Shown in pieces: positions 10,111 to 21,234 of a DNA stretch of 54,984 nucleotides (the stretch's first letter is position 1; every line of letters begins with the position of its first letter). The stretch comes from Prorocentrum cordatum (lineage: Eukaryota): positions 62,001 through 116,984 of the forward strand of contig CAUYUJ010000194.1 of assembly GCA_963575745.1 (NCBI GenBank). The letters run 5' to 3'. The position numbers and the translations under genes are program-made. The notes under the pieces were generated by a model. It had not been told where the DNA came from. It did no database searches and saw nothing but the letters and a program-made list of their open reading frames with translations.

Positions 10111-13100
10111 TCAATCACACAACTTATCGCTAAAATAGGCCTGCAAAACCCGTGGGAGTGCTGCAATAACGCACTCTGCAGCGGGGAGTTCCGTATCCGT
10201 CACCGTGGACCCGTCTTGGAGAGCGAAGGAACAAACGTAAACGTCCTTGAAGATAATCTGTGGGGATTCACAGAAGGAAGAGGTGGGCGAGAGATGGGAG
10301 AATCGAGAACGCAGTCCTATCTGAATCCAAGCTCCACTTCCTGCTCCCAGGCTGCACACACCACCATCAAAGCCCGCTTTGATGAGGCAAGGTTCATAGC
10401 ATGACTGTTCGTATGGCTGCAACTGGTACTGTTCGTTCGTGTATTGGTGGCCCTCGCGGGCCTGGTGGGTAAGGAGGTCGGCTTTCTCATTCCATTCCCG
10501 AAACTCATGCTTCAGAAGATCGCGTCCTGCTTCAGCAGGTCTCACACCATACATACAACACATTCCTTCCAAAGCATTAATCATATTATCAACACGTGTC
10601 TGGTATAAGTGATTATCGGCCTTCCAGAGGCCGCAAAGCCAGCAAATGATAAGAAGAGAATCTCCTGTGATCTCCAACGGCACGCCTCCTGAAGTCACGT
10701 CCCAACATGTGCTCCTCATGTTGTGGATTGCTAATCTCTTACTGAATCGCAGGCGTGCAGCGGGAGAATCATCCTCTGTAACAACATACTCCTCATTTCG
10801 TTCAGCCAGAAAGACAGGGGAGTTACCATCATGGATACCTTTGCATTTCTTCTGGAAAAGCTTAAGCATAGAGGGTGTACAATGATGAGTTGCAAACTGC
10901 ATAAAGGCATGAAGGCCGCCTTGGAATACTTCCCACCACCGTGGGCCAAAGAACTCATGAAAGGGTGTCTGCCAACAACGTTGTCCGATCGCTTGCCCTC
11001 CTGACCTCCAGCGTTTCATAACTCCACATTCCCTCCACTTGCCGAAAGCCCGAAGGGCTTCTCCCTCAAGTGTGCGCAGCGTATCATAACTTATTCCAAA
11101 GGCAATCAAACACATGCGTGCATCACTCCATGCTCTATGCTCGTCCGTCATGTCCTCTCCCTGATACAACCTCTGCGCATATGCCGAGACATCCTTTGCC
11201 AGCAGCCACTGAGCTCGGAGAAATCTCTGGACCAAACTGTGGTACCCAGCCTCTGCGAACCTCGATCTGGCATCGCTGTATCTTCTCTCGTGCCATGTAG
11301 CATGGGATTCGTCTGGTTCTCGGCGGCATCGAAGCATGAAGCATAAACACTTGCCCTCAAACGCGTGCAATGCATGGAGGCTATCCTTGTCGGCCGTGCA
11401 GCCATCCGCACCGAAAAGGGCAATACTCTGAACCTTTTGCTGGTATCGTAGGAACTTGTCCTTCAGAGGCGTGCTTTTGTTCCGAAAATATCCTGCCTGG
11501 GAATAAAATGTCCGACGAGCCGCCTCAATCCTAGAGTCCACATCAAGGTGCGAGGAGTACTTATAATCAGAGAACAACTGGACGCCTAGAACCGTCATCT
11601 CAGTAACACGCCTGAACCGCATAACGTCATTCAGGAAGGGTACAAGTAAGTCGGCTGAAGATAGGATCAGCCCCTCTGCATCTCTCGCAGCGTCGGCTCC
11701 GAAGACCATGTAAAGCAAGCTTGAGGGTTTCCAGCGCATGCCGAAATCGTGGAGTCTAACAGTAAGGTCGTGAATCATGCGTGCCAATTCTTCCCTGCTT
11801 CGTGCCAAGATGTAGCAATTGTCTGCCCATACGAAGTGATTGACGACCGACGTGTAGGACGATTTGCCAGACTCCATGGGATCCCCAGTTTTAAAACACA
11901 CTTGATAACCTATGTTCTGTCTATCCCATTGTCGGAAGGTTTCCTGCCACATCGCAGCAATAATAAGATTGAACCCTAGGGGTCCCTCGGCACCGCCCGT
12001 TCTAATACATCTATCCCATCTCACACCCTCCACCTCGATACTTTCATGGCAAACCGTCCCCACACTATCGCATAGTGGATCAAGAAACGCATATTGAAGA
12101 TGATAAGGTACATGCGCGTGCTGCAAACCCCGTCTAACATTGGCTACCGTGCAATGGTCGAAGGCTTGTAGGATATCTGCATTGGCCAGATGTGCTGTTT
12201 CCCCCTTTCCCCATGTAGAAGCATGCTGTCCGATGTGTTTCAAACTCGCCGTGATCTCGTTCGTGGTGCGATTAGATTGGAAGCCGTAAAGACCGAGAGG
12301 GCGAAAGAGACCGTTTCGCTCGACATGTTGTTCCACCAAGATAACAATACATGTGCTGTACCATCGTGCAATAGCGTTCTGCATACATAGAAGCCTACCG
12401 TCCCTAAGATCCGTGATGCCAGGAAGCTCGGGCATAAAGGAGATGAGGATATCACGCCATGAGGAGGGGTACGGTGTGCACATGTGTAGCATATCGTCGA
12501 ACAGGCGTCGGATGTTGCGCAATATCGTCCAAGGGAGACACTTTAACACCTCACACGGTACTCGATCTGGCCCTGTGGCTCGTTGTGTACGGAGACGCGC
12601 CCGCCCACGTCCGAGCAACGCCATAGTGATGGTCGAATACGTGCTGCTACAGAGCTCCTCCCTCGCCTTCTCCTTGATCTCCTCCATCATACTAGCGTTC
12701 TCCTCCCGCATCTGATCCGATGAAAGCTTATTTCTGCAGAAACTGTCGAGCTCCTTCCTCCAAACCTCCCTGTCCTCCGTCTCCTGGCCCTCCACCACCA
12801 AGTGTTTAATATGATGACGAGTCTTTCGACGATTGAGGGGACACTTCCAGGCTGCAACATCTCTGCGATATCGACGGCGATGTAGATTAAGCTCACTCCT
12901 GAGACGTTTCTTTTCCTCTGGAGTCGTGTCTGACGGTAGTTCCCGCCATCTCTCCAAAAGACGAGTCAACTCGATCGGCCTCACAGGTGGCCTCTGCTTG
13001 CCGCTCTGCGTCGTGGTAAAGTCCACGTCAGGAGCAGCAACAAAAGACTGGATGAGCGTGCTAGGTAAGCTGGCTGGCTCCATCTCGAGAGAACGTGCGG

Positions 13101-14103
13101 GAATCCCACGAAACACAACATCTCCCAAGCTCCGATCCACCCTCCTCCTGGCATTGAACTCATCTCCCCATGTCACGCATCGATATCCTACCAGAGAGGG
13201 CGCCGGCGGCTCCACCCGCTCCCTGTGGTCACGTCGCACAATCACACGGCCAGGCGATGCAAACAGCCCAGTTAGAAGTGCATGATCACTTAATCGACTC
13301 CTATTCCTCCTTCCTCCTCTTGCATAACACCAAGAAACTTCACACTCAGAGCACTCCCAGCGGCTGGGCACCAAGATGTAATCGAGCACCTTCTGAATTC
13401 GTCCAAAGCTACGTTGCTCGCACCACGCTTCCCAAGTAGGACGCCTATCTGCAGAAAAGGTATTGGCCGCCTTAAACATGTGGGTCTGCATGAACCCCAG
13501 TAGCATCTCCATCATCCTCCTCCTCCTGTTGATACGCTCCCTCTCCTCCGTACCACATGCCAAGGTCCTGACCTCCTTCCTCAAGCCCTCTCCCGTGGCA
13601 AGATACAATTCCCCATTACATTCTAACTCACATAGTGGCGGTAGCTCAACATTCCCGTCAAGCAAACAAACAAAGCTGGCCTGGCTATACCTGTGTCTGA
13701 GGCTTCTGAAAGTGGCAGACACACGCTCAAGCGTGAGTTCATACTCCGCTTCGCAATCTTCTCGATGAGAATCGGGCAGGTAAAGAGAGCAGACAACCAA
13801 GGGCGAGATGGATGTACCGAACACACCAATGGCGAATCTAGAGAAAGTAGTAACGAATTCCCTGGACGTCGAGGCCCAACTTCGATCGAAGAGGAGCCCC
13901 GCCTTCCTGCAGGCACTGTGCTTGATCTGCCATCCGAGACGGGCGGCATCTGCATGAATTATATTCTGGGCCTCCTGAAGCGCGAACAGACCGCCACATG
14001 CACGCATATGGTTGAGCACCTCCACGCCTCTGAAGTTGTTCTCACCAGCCTTGTCGAGGTTCCAGCATCCCAACTTGATCCCCGACAGCCGGTGCCGATT
14101 CGG
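10111..14103 (-). CDS. LINE ORF2 polyprotein: APE (EEP) endonuclease, reverse transcriptase, circularly permuted RNase H-like domain
   Basis: APE motifs GCWN, LQE, YLP, DGN, NTF, PTW, LDY, SDH. RT motifs GPD, YGF, DILQAFD, RTGG, WADN. C-terminal GDS..HEFREWNEKAD, then FDGG..TEL. Frame is open back to the ORF1 TGA at 14104-14106; the track start at 14073 is a TTG. Confidence 0.92.
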   Translation of the reverse strand, partial: PNRHRLSGIKLGCWNLDKAGENNFRGVEVLNHMRACGGLFALQEAQNIIHADAARLGWQIKHSACRKAGLLFDRSWASTSREFVTTFSRFAIGVFGTSISPLVVCSLYLPDSHREDCEAEYELTLERVSATFRSLRHRYSQASFVCLLDGNVELPPLCELECNGELYLATGEGLRKEVRTLACGTEERERINRRRRMMEMLLGFMQTHMFKAANTFSADRRPTWEAWCEQRSFGRIQKVLDYILVPSRWECSECEVSWCYARGGRRNRSRLSDHALLTGLFASPGRVIVRRDHRERVEPPAPSLVGYRCVTWGDEFNARRRVDRSLGDVVFRGIPARSLEMEPASLPSTLIQSFVAAPDVDFTTTQSGKQRPPVRPIELTRLLERWRELPSDTTPEEKKRLRSELNLHRRRYRRDVAAWKCPLNRRKTRHHIKHLVVEGQETEDREVWRKELDSFCRNKLSSDQMREENASMMEEIKEKAREELCSSTYSTITMALLGRGRARLRTQRATGPDRVPCEVLKCLPWTILRNIRRLFDDMLHMCTPYPSSWRDILISFMPELPGITDLRDGRLLCMQNAIARWYSTCIVILVEQHVERNGLFRPLGLYGFQSNRTTNEITASLKHIGQHASTWGKGETAHLANADILQAFDHCTVANVRRGLQHAHVPYHLQYAFLDPLCDSVGTVCHESIEVEGVRWDRCIRTGGAEGPLGFNLIIAAMWQETFRQWDRQNIGYQVCFKTGDPMESGKSSYTSVVNHFVWADNCYILARSREELARMIHDLTVRLHDFGMRWKPSSLLYMVFGADAARDAEGLILSSADLLVPFLNDVMRFRRVTEMTVLGVQLFSDYKYSSHLDVDSRIEAARRTFYSQAGYFRNKSTPLKDKFLRYQQKVQSIALFGADGCTADKDSLHALHAFEGKCLCFMLRCRREPDESHATWHERRYSDARSRFAEAGYHSLVQRFLRAQWLLAKDVSAYAQRLYQGEDMTDEHRAWSDARMCLIAFGISYDTLRTLEGEALRAFGKWRECGVMKRWRSGGQAIGQRCWQTPFHEFFGPRWWEVFQGGLHAFMQFATHHCTPSMLKLFQKKCKGIHDGNSPVFLAERNEEYVVTEDDSPAARLRFSKRLAIHNMRSTCWDVTSGGVPLEITGDSLLIICWLCGLWKADNHLYQTRVDNMINALEGMCCMYGVRPAEAGRDLLKHEFREWNEKADLLTHQAREGHQYTNEQYQLQPYEQSCYEPCLIKAGFDGGVCSLGAGSGAWIQIGLRSRFSHLSPTSSFCESPQIIFKDVYVCSFALQDGSTVTDTELPAAECVIAALPRVLQAYFSDKLCD

Positions 14104-14952
14104 TCACACCTTGCGGTTGACCTCTACCTCGAAGTCCGTCGCTGTGATCGTCAGATTTGGGAACTTCACCTGAAGTTGGCCCCACTGCGTCTCATGGATC
14201 GTCCACGTCTGGGCTGCTCCGAATTCAGCGATACAGATCGGGCGGAGGAGTCGGTCGCCCTGAGCCTTGACCCACATGTTCGATTTCGGGGGGCCAACCT
14301 CTCCCCTCACCTCCAGGACCAAGCCGTGGCGCTGGCACACGTTACGCCAGGCCCCGCAGAAGCGACCAACTGCACGAACATGGTCGCGCTTCCAAGGAGC
14401 TGATTCGATATTGAAACGTAACTGAGTCGGGTCGATGACCTGCGTCATGCCTGCGATGAGCACGCTGGGATCTGGAATAGTCGTCCCTTCTGGCAAGGGG
14501 GCTCGCTGTGCAGTGGGAGTCACAATGATCCTGAGGAGCTTCTGGAAACGATATAGCACCTCTCGATCAGTGAATGGAAGAAACTTGATGCGACAACTGC
14601 CGAACATGTAGCGACCCGCATTGATACGCTCTGTCCCCTCCTTGCTGAGAAAGGCCTGGTCATCTGAGGCAATAACTTTGGATATATTGTCTACGAGTAT
14701 CATGGTGTCGTCAGAAGTCAGCATTTGAGCACAACGATTCTGATGATTGGCCCAATCCGTAACCCACCCCTTGACCTCGATGTATGTTGGAGAGAACTGG
14801 TTCCTACCCCCGCCTCCTCCACCGCCCCCGTCAGCGGGGCCGCTCCCAGCACTGAAGGTAGACACCGCACTCCCATTCTGAACCGTTTTTAGTGTTTTCT
14901 CGAGTTCGTCCATACGTTTATCCGTTCCGTCCATACGTTTAGTGTGTTCTGC
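14104..14952 (-). CDS. LINE ORF1 protein, 5'-truncated (coiled-coil end, Gly-rich linker, putative RNA-binding domain)
   Basis: Open to the element junction (AEHTKRMDGTDKRMDELEKTL). Homologous to 39420..40823 (PTYIE.KGWVT.W, GRYMFGS, APWKRDHV.AV.RFCGA, EVRGE.GPP). The ORF1 role is inferred from position. Confidence 0.8.
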   Translation of the reverse strand, partial: AEHTKRMDGTDKRMDELEKTLKTVQNGSAVSTFSAGSGPADGGGGGGGGRNQFSPTYIEVKGWVTDWANHQNRCAQMLTSDDTMILVDNISKVIASDDQAFLSKEGTERINAGRYMFGSCRIKFLPFTDREVLYRFQKLLRIIVTPTAQRAPLPEGTTIPDPSVLIAGMTQVIDPTQLRFNIESAPWKRDHVRAVGRFCGAWRNVCQRHGLVLEVRGEVGPPKSNMWVKAQGDRLLRPICIAEFGAAQTWTIHETQWGQLQVKFPNLTITATDFEVEVNRKV

Positions 14953-14964
14953 TCAACCTTGGTT
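14953..14964 (+). repeat. Target-site duplication of LINE copy B, right copy
   Basis: tcaaccttggtt followed by accgccgggagactcgtagag, the remainder of the hairpin. Confidence 0.85.
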
Positions 14965-15930
14965 ACCGCCGGGAGACTCGTAGAGCTTCCTACCTCGACT
15001 TAAGTTGAGAAAACGAACAGCACCTACCAACATTCCAACTCATAGTGAATATTGTTTGACCTCTGAATGCGACAGGCGGACGCGTCTGATGTCTGCGAAT
15101 CGAATCCTGTCATTACCAGCCCTGCAGCCCCCCTGCAGCCCGAGTTAAGTGCAGAAAACCGACAGCACCTCTCAGTATGACTCGAACAATACAATAGTTT
15201 CGCAGACCTAAATCGGGGAGCAGACCGAGTTCCGAGCTCTGGATTCGACAGGCAGACGCGCCTGATGTCTTCAAATCGATTACTGTGACCACCAGCACTG
15301 TAGCCGCCCTCAGCGCGAGTTGAATGAAGAAAACCGAGAGCACTTCTCAAAGATGACTCGACCAATACAAAGAGTTTCGCAATTCTAGATTCGGCAGCAG
15401 ACCGAGTTAAGAGCTCTGGATTCGACAGACAAACGCAACGAATGATTCTGAATCGGTTTCTGTAAATATCAGCTCTGTAGCTGTCCTACAGCTCGAGTTA
15501 AGTACAGAAAACCGGGAGATCCTGTCAAGATGACTCGAATGATACGAATAGGTTTGCGGATATAGCTCGGCTAACAGACCGAGTTCAGACCTTTGGATTC
15601 AACAGACGAACGCGCCTAATCATTCTACATCGATTAGCTGTGCTTACCAGCACTGTAGCTGTCCTAAAGCTCGAGTTATGTTCAGAAAACGGTCAGCGCG
15701 TATCGAGATGACTCAAAACGGCCGATCCCGCCACAGTGCTTTTCGATAGAAGTATTCACCCGATCGAGCTGAGATTAAGATGGCGAGCGGGAATAAGATC
15801 GAATATCACGGGAAAAAATACTAGAGCTCAAACGAATTGTTCAATTTCGAGAACAAAATTTTCAACCGACCAAGATTTTTCGAGCCAACTAGCTCTCCAG
15901 CGCGCCGGAATTACTCTTAGCTTCCAGCAA

Positions 15931-18900
15931 CTGGGAGCCGGCGGTAAACCGTCAACCAGTTACCACCGGGAGCCTCGTAGAGCTCTTTTCGTGCGGGGCT
16001 ACCCGGTACACATTAAGGGAGTTTTCTTCAAGATTTCTATGCGAAAGAGCTCTCAAGCTCATCTGGAGCTCGAGTAAAGTAGAAAAAACACCTGTTCCAA
16101 CAAAAATCGGTCGCATACGAATAGTGTTGCGGATCTAGCTCGGGTAGCAGACTGTGTTCAGGGCTCTAGATGCTCAGCCGAACGCCCCTGATGATTCTCG
16201 ATCGGTATCCGTGCGTCCTAGCTCTGCAACTCTGCTACAGTTTCAGTTAAGTACAGAAGACCGACAGCGCCTGCAAAGAGAACTTGAAGCGAATAGTTTT
16301 GCGGACCTAGCTCGGTAGCAGACCGAGTTCAGACCGCTCGATGCAACAGACGGACGCGCCTAATGATACAGAATCCTATCATGTGCGTACCAGCTCTGTA
16401 GCTATTCTAGATCGTGAGTTAAGTACAGAAAACCAGCAGCACTTGTTAAAATGACTCGAAGAATACGAATAGATTTGCGGACCCTGCTCGAGCAGCAGAC
16501 CGAGTTCAGAGCTCTCGATGGGAGAGACGAACGCGCCTGAAGATTCTGAATCGGTTCCTGTAAGCATCAGCTCTGTAGCTGTCCTAAATCTCGAGGTAAG
16601 TACAGAAAACCGTTAACGCGTGTCAAGATGACTCCAAACGGCCGTCGGTTCCAGCAAGTCTTTTGATAGTAATATTGCAGCTACGGACCTGAGAATTTAA
16701 ATGGCAGACGCGGCACAGCCCACTACAGGTGAGAAAAATACCACTTTCCAAAACGAATTTTCAAATTTCGCACAAAGATTCAAACACCGACCCAAAGTTA
16801 ACACATTGTCTCTTACGGTCGGGTCGGCCAACTGGGCGCCGGCGGTAAACCGTCAACCTTTCTTACCGCCGGGGGACTCGTAGAGCTTCCTGACAGTATA
16901 TAATGTGGGAAAAAACTCCAGAGAACGACTAGTTTTTCAGCCCAAGCGATTTCGGACCTCTCAAGATGACTCTAACAAAAACAAACAAACAGTTTCGCAA
17001 CAGAGTTCGAAAATCAAACCGAGTTCAGACCTCTGAATGCGACAGGCGGACTGACGACTCCGAATCGACTCAGGTGATTACCAGCCCTGCAGCCCCCCTA
17101 CAGCCCGAGTTGAATGCAGAAAACCGACAGCATCTCTCAGGATGACTCGAATAATACAATAGTTTCGCGGACCTAGTTCGAGCAGCAGGTCGAGTTCCAA
17201 GTTTTAGGTTCGACGGACAGACGCGCCTGATGTGTCCGAATCGATTTCTGTGACCAGCAGCACTGTAGCCCTCTCCCAGCACGAGTTGAGTGCAGAAAAT
17301 TGAGAGCACTTCTCAAGATGATTCCGAGAATACGAATAGCTTCGCGAACCTAGCTCGGGCAGCAGGCCGAGTTCAGATCTCTCGATTCAACAGACGAAAG
17401 CGCCTGATGACTCCAATCGATTTCTGTGACTATGAGCTCTGTAGCTGCCCTACAGCTCGAGTTAAGTACCGAAAACCGAGAGCGTCTGTCAAGATGACTC
17501 GAATAATACAAATAGGTTTGCGGACCTAGCTTGGCTAGCAGACCGAGTTCAGACCTCTGGATTCAACAGGCGAGCGCGCCTGATGATTCTGAATGCGATA
17601 GGTGTGCTGACCAGCTCTGTAGCTGCCCTACAGCTCGAGTTAAGTACAACGTACTGACAACGCGTATGAAGATGACTCGAAACGGTCGATCCCGCCTGCC
17701 TGCTTTTCGGCAGTAAAAGGTACCCGATCGAGCTGAGATCAAGATGGCGAGCGGGAATAAGATCGAATATCACGGGAAAGAATACTAGAGCTCTAACGAA
17801 TGGTTGAATTTCGAGAACAAAATTTTCAACCGACCAAAGGTCACCAAAAGGTCCGTCGAGATGTTTCTTGCCAACTAGCTCTCCAGCGCCCCGGAACTGG
17901 GCGCCGGCGGTAAACCGTCAACTTTTCTTACCGCCGGGGGACTCGTAGAGCTTCCTGACAATATATAATGTCGAAAAAAATTGCGGAGAACGAATAGTTT
18001 TTCAGCCCAAGCGATGTCAGACCTCTCGATGCAACAGCCGAACGCCTCCCGATGCTTCTGGATTGTCTTCTGTACGAGCTCTGTAGCTCTCCTACAGCCG
18101 CAGTTACGTGCGTCAATCGACAGCATCTCTCAAGATGACTCGAACAAAACGAATAGTTTGGCAACCCCAGCTCGAGTATCAGACCCAGTTAAGACCTCTG
18201 AATGCGACAGGCGGACGCGTCTGATGTGTCCGAATCGATTCCTGTGATTACCAGCCCTGCAGCCACCCTACAGCCCGAGTTAAGTGTAGAAAGCCGACAG
18301 CATCTTTCAGGATGACTCGAACAATACGAACAGTTGCGCGGACCGAGTTCGGGCAGGAGACCGAGTTCCGAGCTCTGGATTCCACAGGCGGACGCGTCTG
18401 ATGTCTCCAAATCGATTGCTCCCACCACCAGCACTCTAGCCTCCCTACAGCCCAAGTTAAGTGCAGAAAACCGACAGCACCTCTCAAGGTGACTCGAACA
18501 ATACGAACAGTTTCGCGATTATCGATCGGGCAGCAGACCGAGTTCAGAGCTCTGGATTCAACAGAGAAACGCGACTGATGATTCTGAATCGGTTTCTGTA
18601 AGTATCAGCTCTGTAGCTGTCCTTTAGCTCGAATTAAGTACAGAAAACCGAAAGCGCCTGTCAAGATGACTCGAATAATACGATTAGGTTTGCGGACCTA
18701 GCTCGGCTAGCAGACCGAGTTCAGACCTCTGGGTTCAACAGGCGAACGCGCCTGATCATTCTGCATCGATTGGCTGTGCTTACTAGCTCTGTAGCTGTCC
18801 TGAAGCTCGAGTTATCTCGATAAAACCGACAGCGCGTATCAAGATGACTCGAAACGGCCGATGCCTGCTTTTTGGCAGTGAAAGTGACCCGATCGAGCTG

Positions 18901-21234
18901 AGATCAAGATGGTGAGCGGGAATAAGATCGAATATCACGGGAAAAAATACTAGAGCTCTAACGAATGGTCAAATTGTGAGAACAAAAATTTCAACCGACC
19001 AAAAGTCAGCAAAAGGTCCGTCGAGATTTTCCTTGCCAACTGGGCGCCGTCGGTAAACCGTCAACCTTGGTTACCGCCGGGAAACTCGTAGAGCTTCCTA
19101 GCTCGACTTAAGTTGAGAAAACCGACAGCACCTGCCAACATTCCGACTCATAGTGAATATGTTTTGACTTCTGAATGCGACAGACGAACGCGTCTGGTGT
19201 CTGCGAATCGACTCCTGTTATTACCAGCCCTGCAGCCCCCCTACAGCCCGAGTTAAGTGCAGAAAACCGACAGCACCTCTCAGGATGACTCGAACAATAC
19301 AGTAGTTTCGCAAACTTAATTCGGGCAGCAGACCGAGTTCCGAGCTCTGGATTCGACAGGCGAACGCACCTGATGTCTTGAAATCGATTCCTGTGACGAC
19401 CAGCACTGTAGCCCCCCTCAGCGCGAGTTGAGTGAAGAAAACCAAGAGCACTTCTCAAGATTTGCGATTCCAGATCGGGCAGCGGACCGAGTTCAGAGCT
19501 CTGGATTCGACAGACGGGTGCGCCTGATGTCTTGAAATCGATTCCTCTGATTACCAGCACTGTAGCCCCGCTCAGCGCGGGTTGAGTGAAGAAAACCGAG
19601 AGCACTTCTCAAGATAACTCGACCAATACGAATAGTTTTGCGATTCAAGATCGGGCAGCAGACTGAGTTCAGAGCTCTGGATTCGACAGACAAACGCAAC
19701 TGATCATTCTGGATCGGGTTCTGTAAATATCAGCTCTGTAGCTCTTCTACAGCTCGAGTTAAGTACATAAAACCGAGAGTTTCTGTCAAGATGCCTTGAA
19801 TAATACGAATAGGTTTGCGAATCTAGCTCGACTAACAGACCGAGTTCAGACCTCTGGCTTCAACAGGCGAACGCGCCTAATCAATCTGCATCGATTAGCT
19901 GTGCTTACCAGCTCTGTAGCTGTCCTAAAGCTCGAGTTATGTTCAGAAAACCGTCAGCGCGTATCAAGATGACTCAAAACAGCCGATCCCGCCAGAGTGC
20001 TTTTCGATAGTAATTTCACCCGATCGAGCTGAGATCAAGATGGCGAGCGGGAATAAGATCGAATATCACGGGAAAAAATACTAGAGCTCTAACGAATGGT
20101 CAGATTTCGAGAACATAATTTTCAACCGACCAAAAGTCAGCAAAAGTTCCGTCGAGATTTTTCTTGCCAACTGGGCGCCGGCGGTAAACCGTCAACCTTG
20201 GTTACCGCCGGGAGACTCGTAGAGCTTCCTAGCTCGACTTAAGTTGAGAAAACCGACAGCACCTACCAACATTCCGACTCATAGTGAATTGTTTTTAACC
20301 TCTGAATGCGAAAGGCGGACGCGTCTGATGTCTGCGAATCGACTCCTGTCATTAACAGCCCTACAGCTTCCCTACAGCCCGAGTTCAGTGCAGAAAACCG
20401 ACAGCGTCAGAATGACTCGAAAAATACAATAGTTTCGCAGACCTGATTTGGGCAGCAGACCGAGTTCCGAGCTCTGGATTCGACAGGCGGACGCGCCTGA
20501 TGTCTTCAAATCGATTCCTGTGACCACCAGCACTGTAGCCCCCCTCAGCGCGAGTTGAGTGAAGAAAACCAAGAGCACTTCTCAAGATGACTCGACCAAT
20601 ACGAATAGTTTCGCGATTCTAGATCGGGCAGTAGACCGAGTTCAGAGCTCTGGATCCGACAGACGAACGCGCCTATTCCCAATCGATTTCTGTGACTATA
20701 AGCTCTGTAACTGCCCTATAGCTCGAGTTAAGTTCAGAAAACCGAAAGCGTCTGTTAAGATGACTCGAATAATACGAATAGTTTTGCGGACCTAGCTCGG
20801 CTAGCAGACCGAGTTCAGACCTCTGGATTCAACAGGCGAACGCGCCTAATCATTTTACATCGATTAGCTGTGCTTACCAGCTCTCTAGCTGTCCTAAAAC
20901 TCGAGTTATGTTCAGAAAACCGTCAGCGCGTATCAAGATGACTCAAAACGGCCGATCCCGCCAGCGTGCTTTGATAGTAATATTCACCCGATCGAGCTGA
21001 GATCAAGATGGCAAGCGGAACTAAGATCGAATATCACGGGAAAAAATACTAGAGCTCAAACGAATGGTTGAATTTCAAGAACAAAATTTTTAACCGACCA
21101 AAAGTCAGCAAAAGTTCCGTCGAGATTTTTCTTGCCAGCTAGCTCTCCAGCGCGCCGGAATTACTCTAAGCTTCCAGCAATAACTTGCTAAGGGAAGCTC
21201 TACGAGTTACTAGCTCTCCAGCGCGCGGGAATTA
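15931..21234 (-). mobile_element. Run of Helentron-like elements (hairpin heads at 15931 type B, 16832, 17897, 19040, 20171)
   Basis: Each starts with the hairpin plus subterminal IR and is interrupted near its far end by the next. 20171..21208 is complete, and its host (19040) resumes at 21209 actagctctcc. Confidence 0.72.

Larger units (their letters stand above)
9899..14952 (-). mobile_element. Non-LTR retrotransposon copy B, 5'-truncated in ORF1, intact ORF2, 12-bp target-site duplication
   Basis: tcaaccttggtt at 9887-9898 and 14953-14964 flanks the element. Short T-run at the left junction. ORF1 plus APE-RT-RNase H ORF2. Confidence 0.95.
9866..15930 (-). mobile_element. Helentron-like element (type A) with LINE copy B in its hairpin, interrupted at 15931
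   Basis: Hairpin split by the LINE. Body 14965-15930 ends cttccagcaa|ctggg. Confidence 0.7.

Noticed and set aside
9899..14952. LTR retrotransposon, group II intron, retron or DGR interpretation of the RTs
   Set aside because: APE domain, A-rich tails, 5' truncations and a variable TSD or deletion indicate TPRT LINEs. No LTRs, integrase, protease or TR/VR pair seen.
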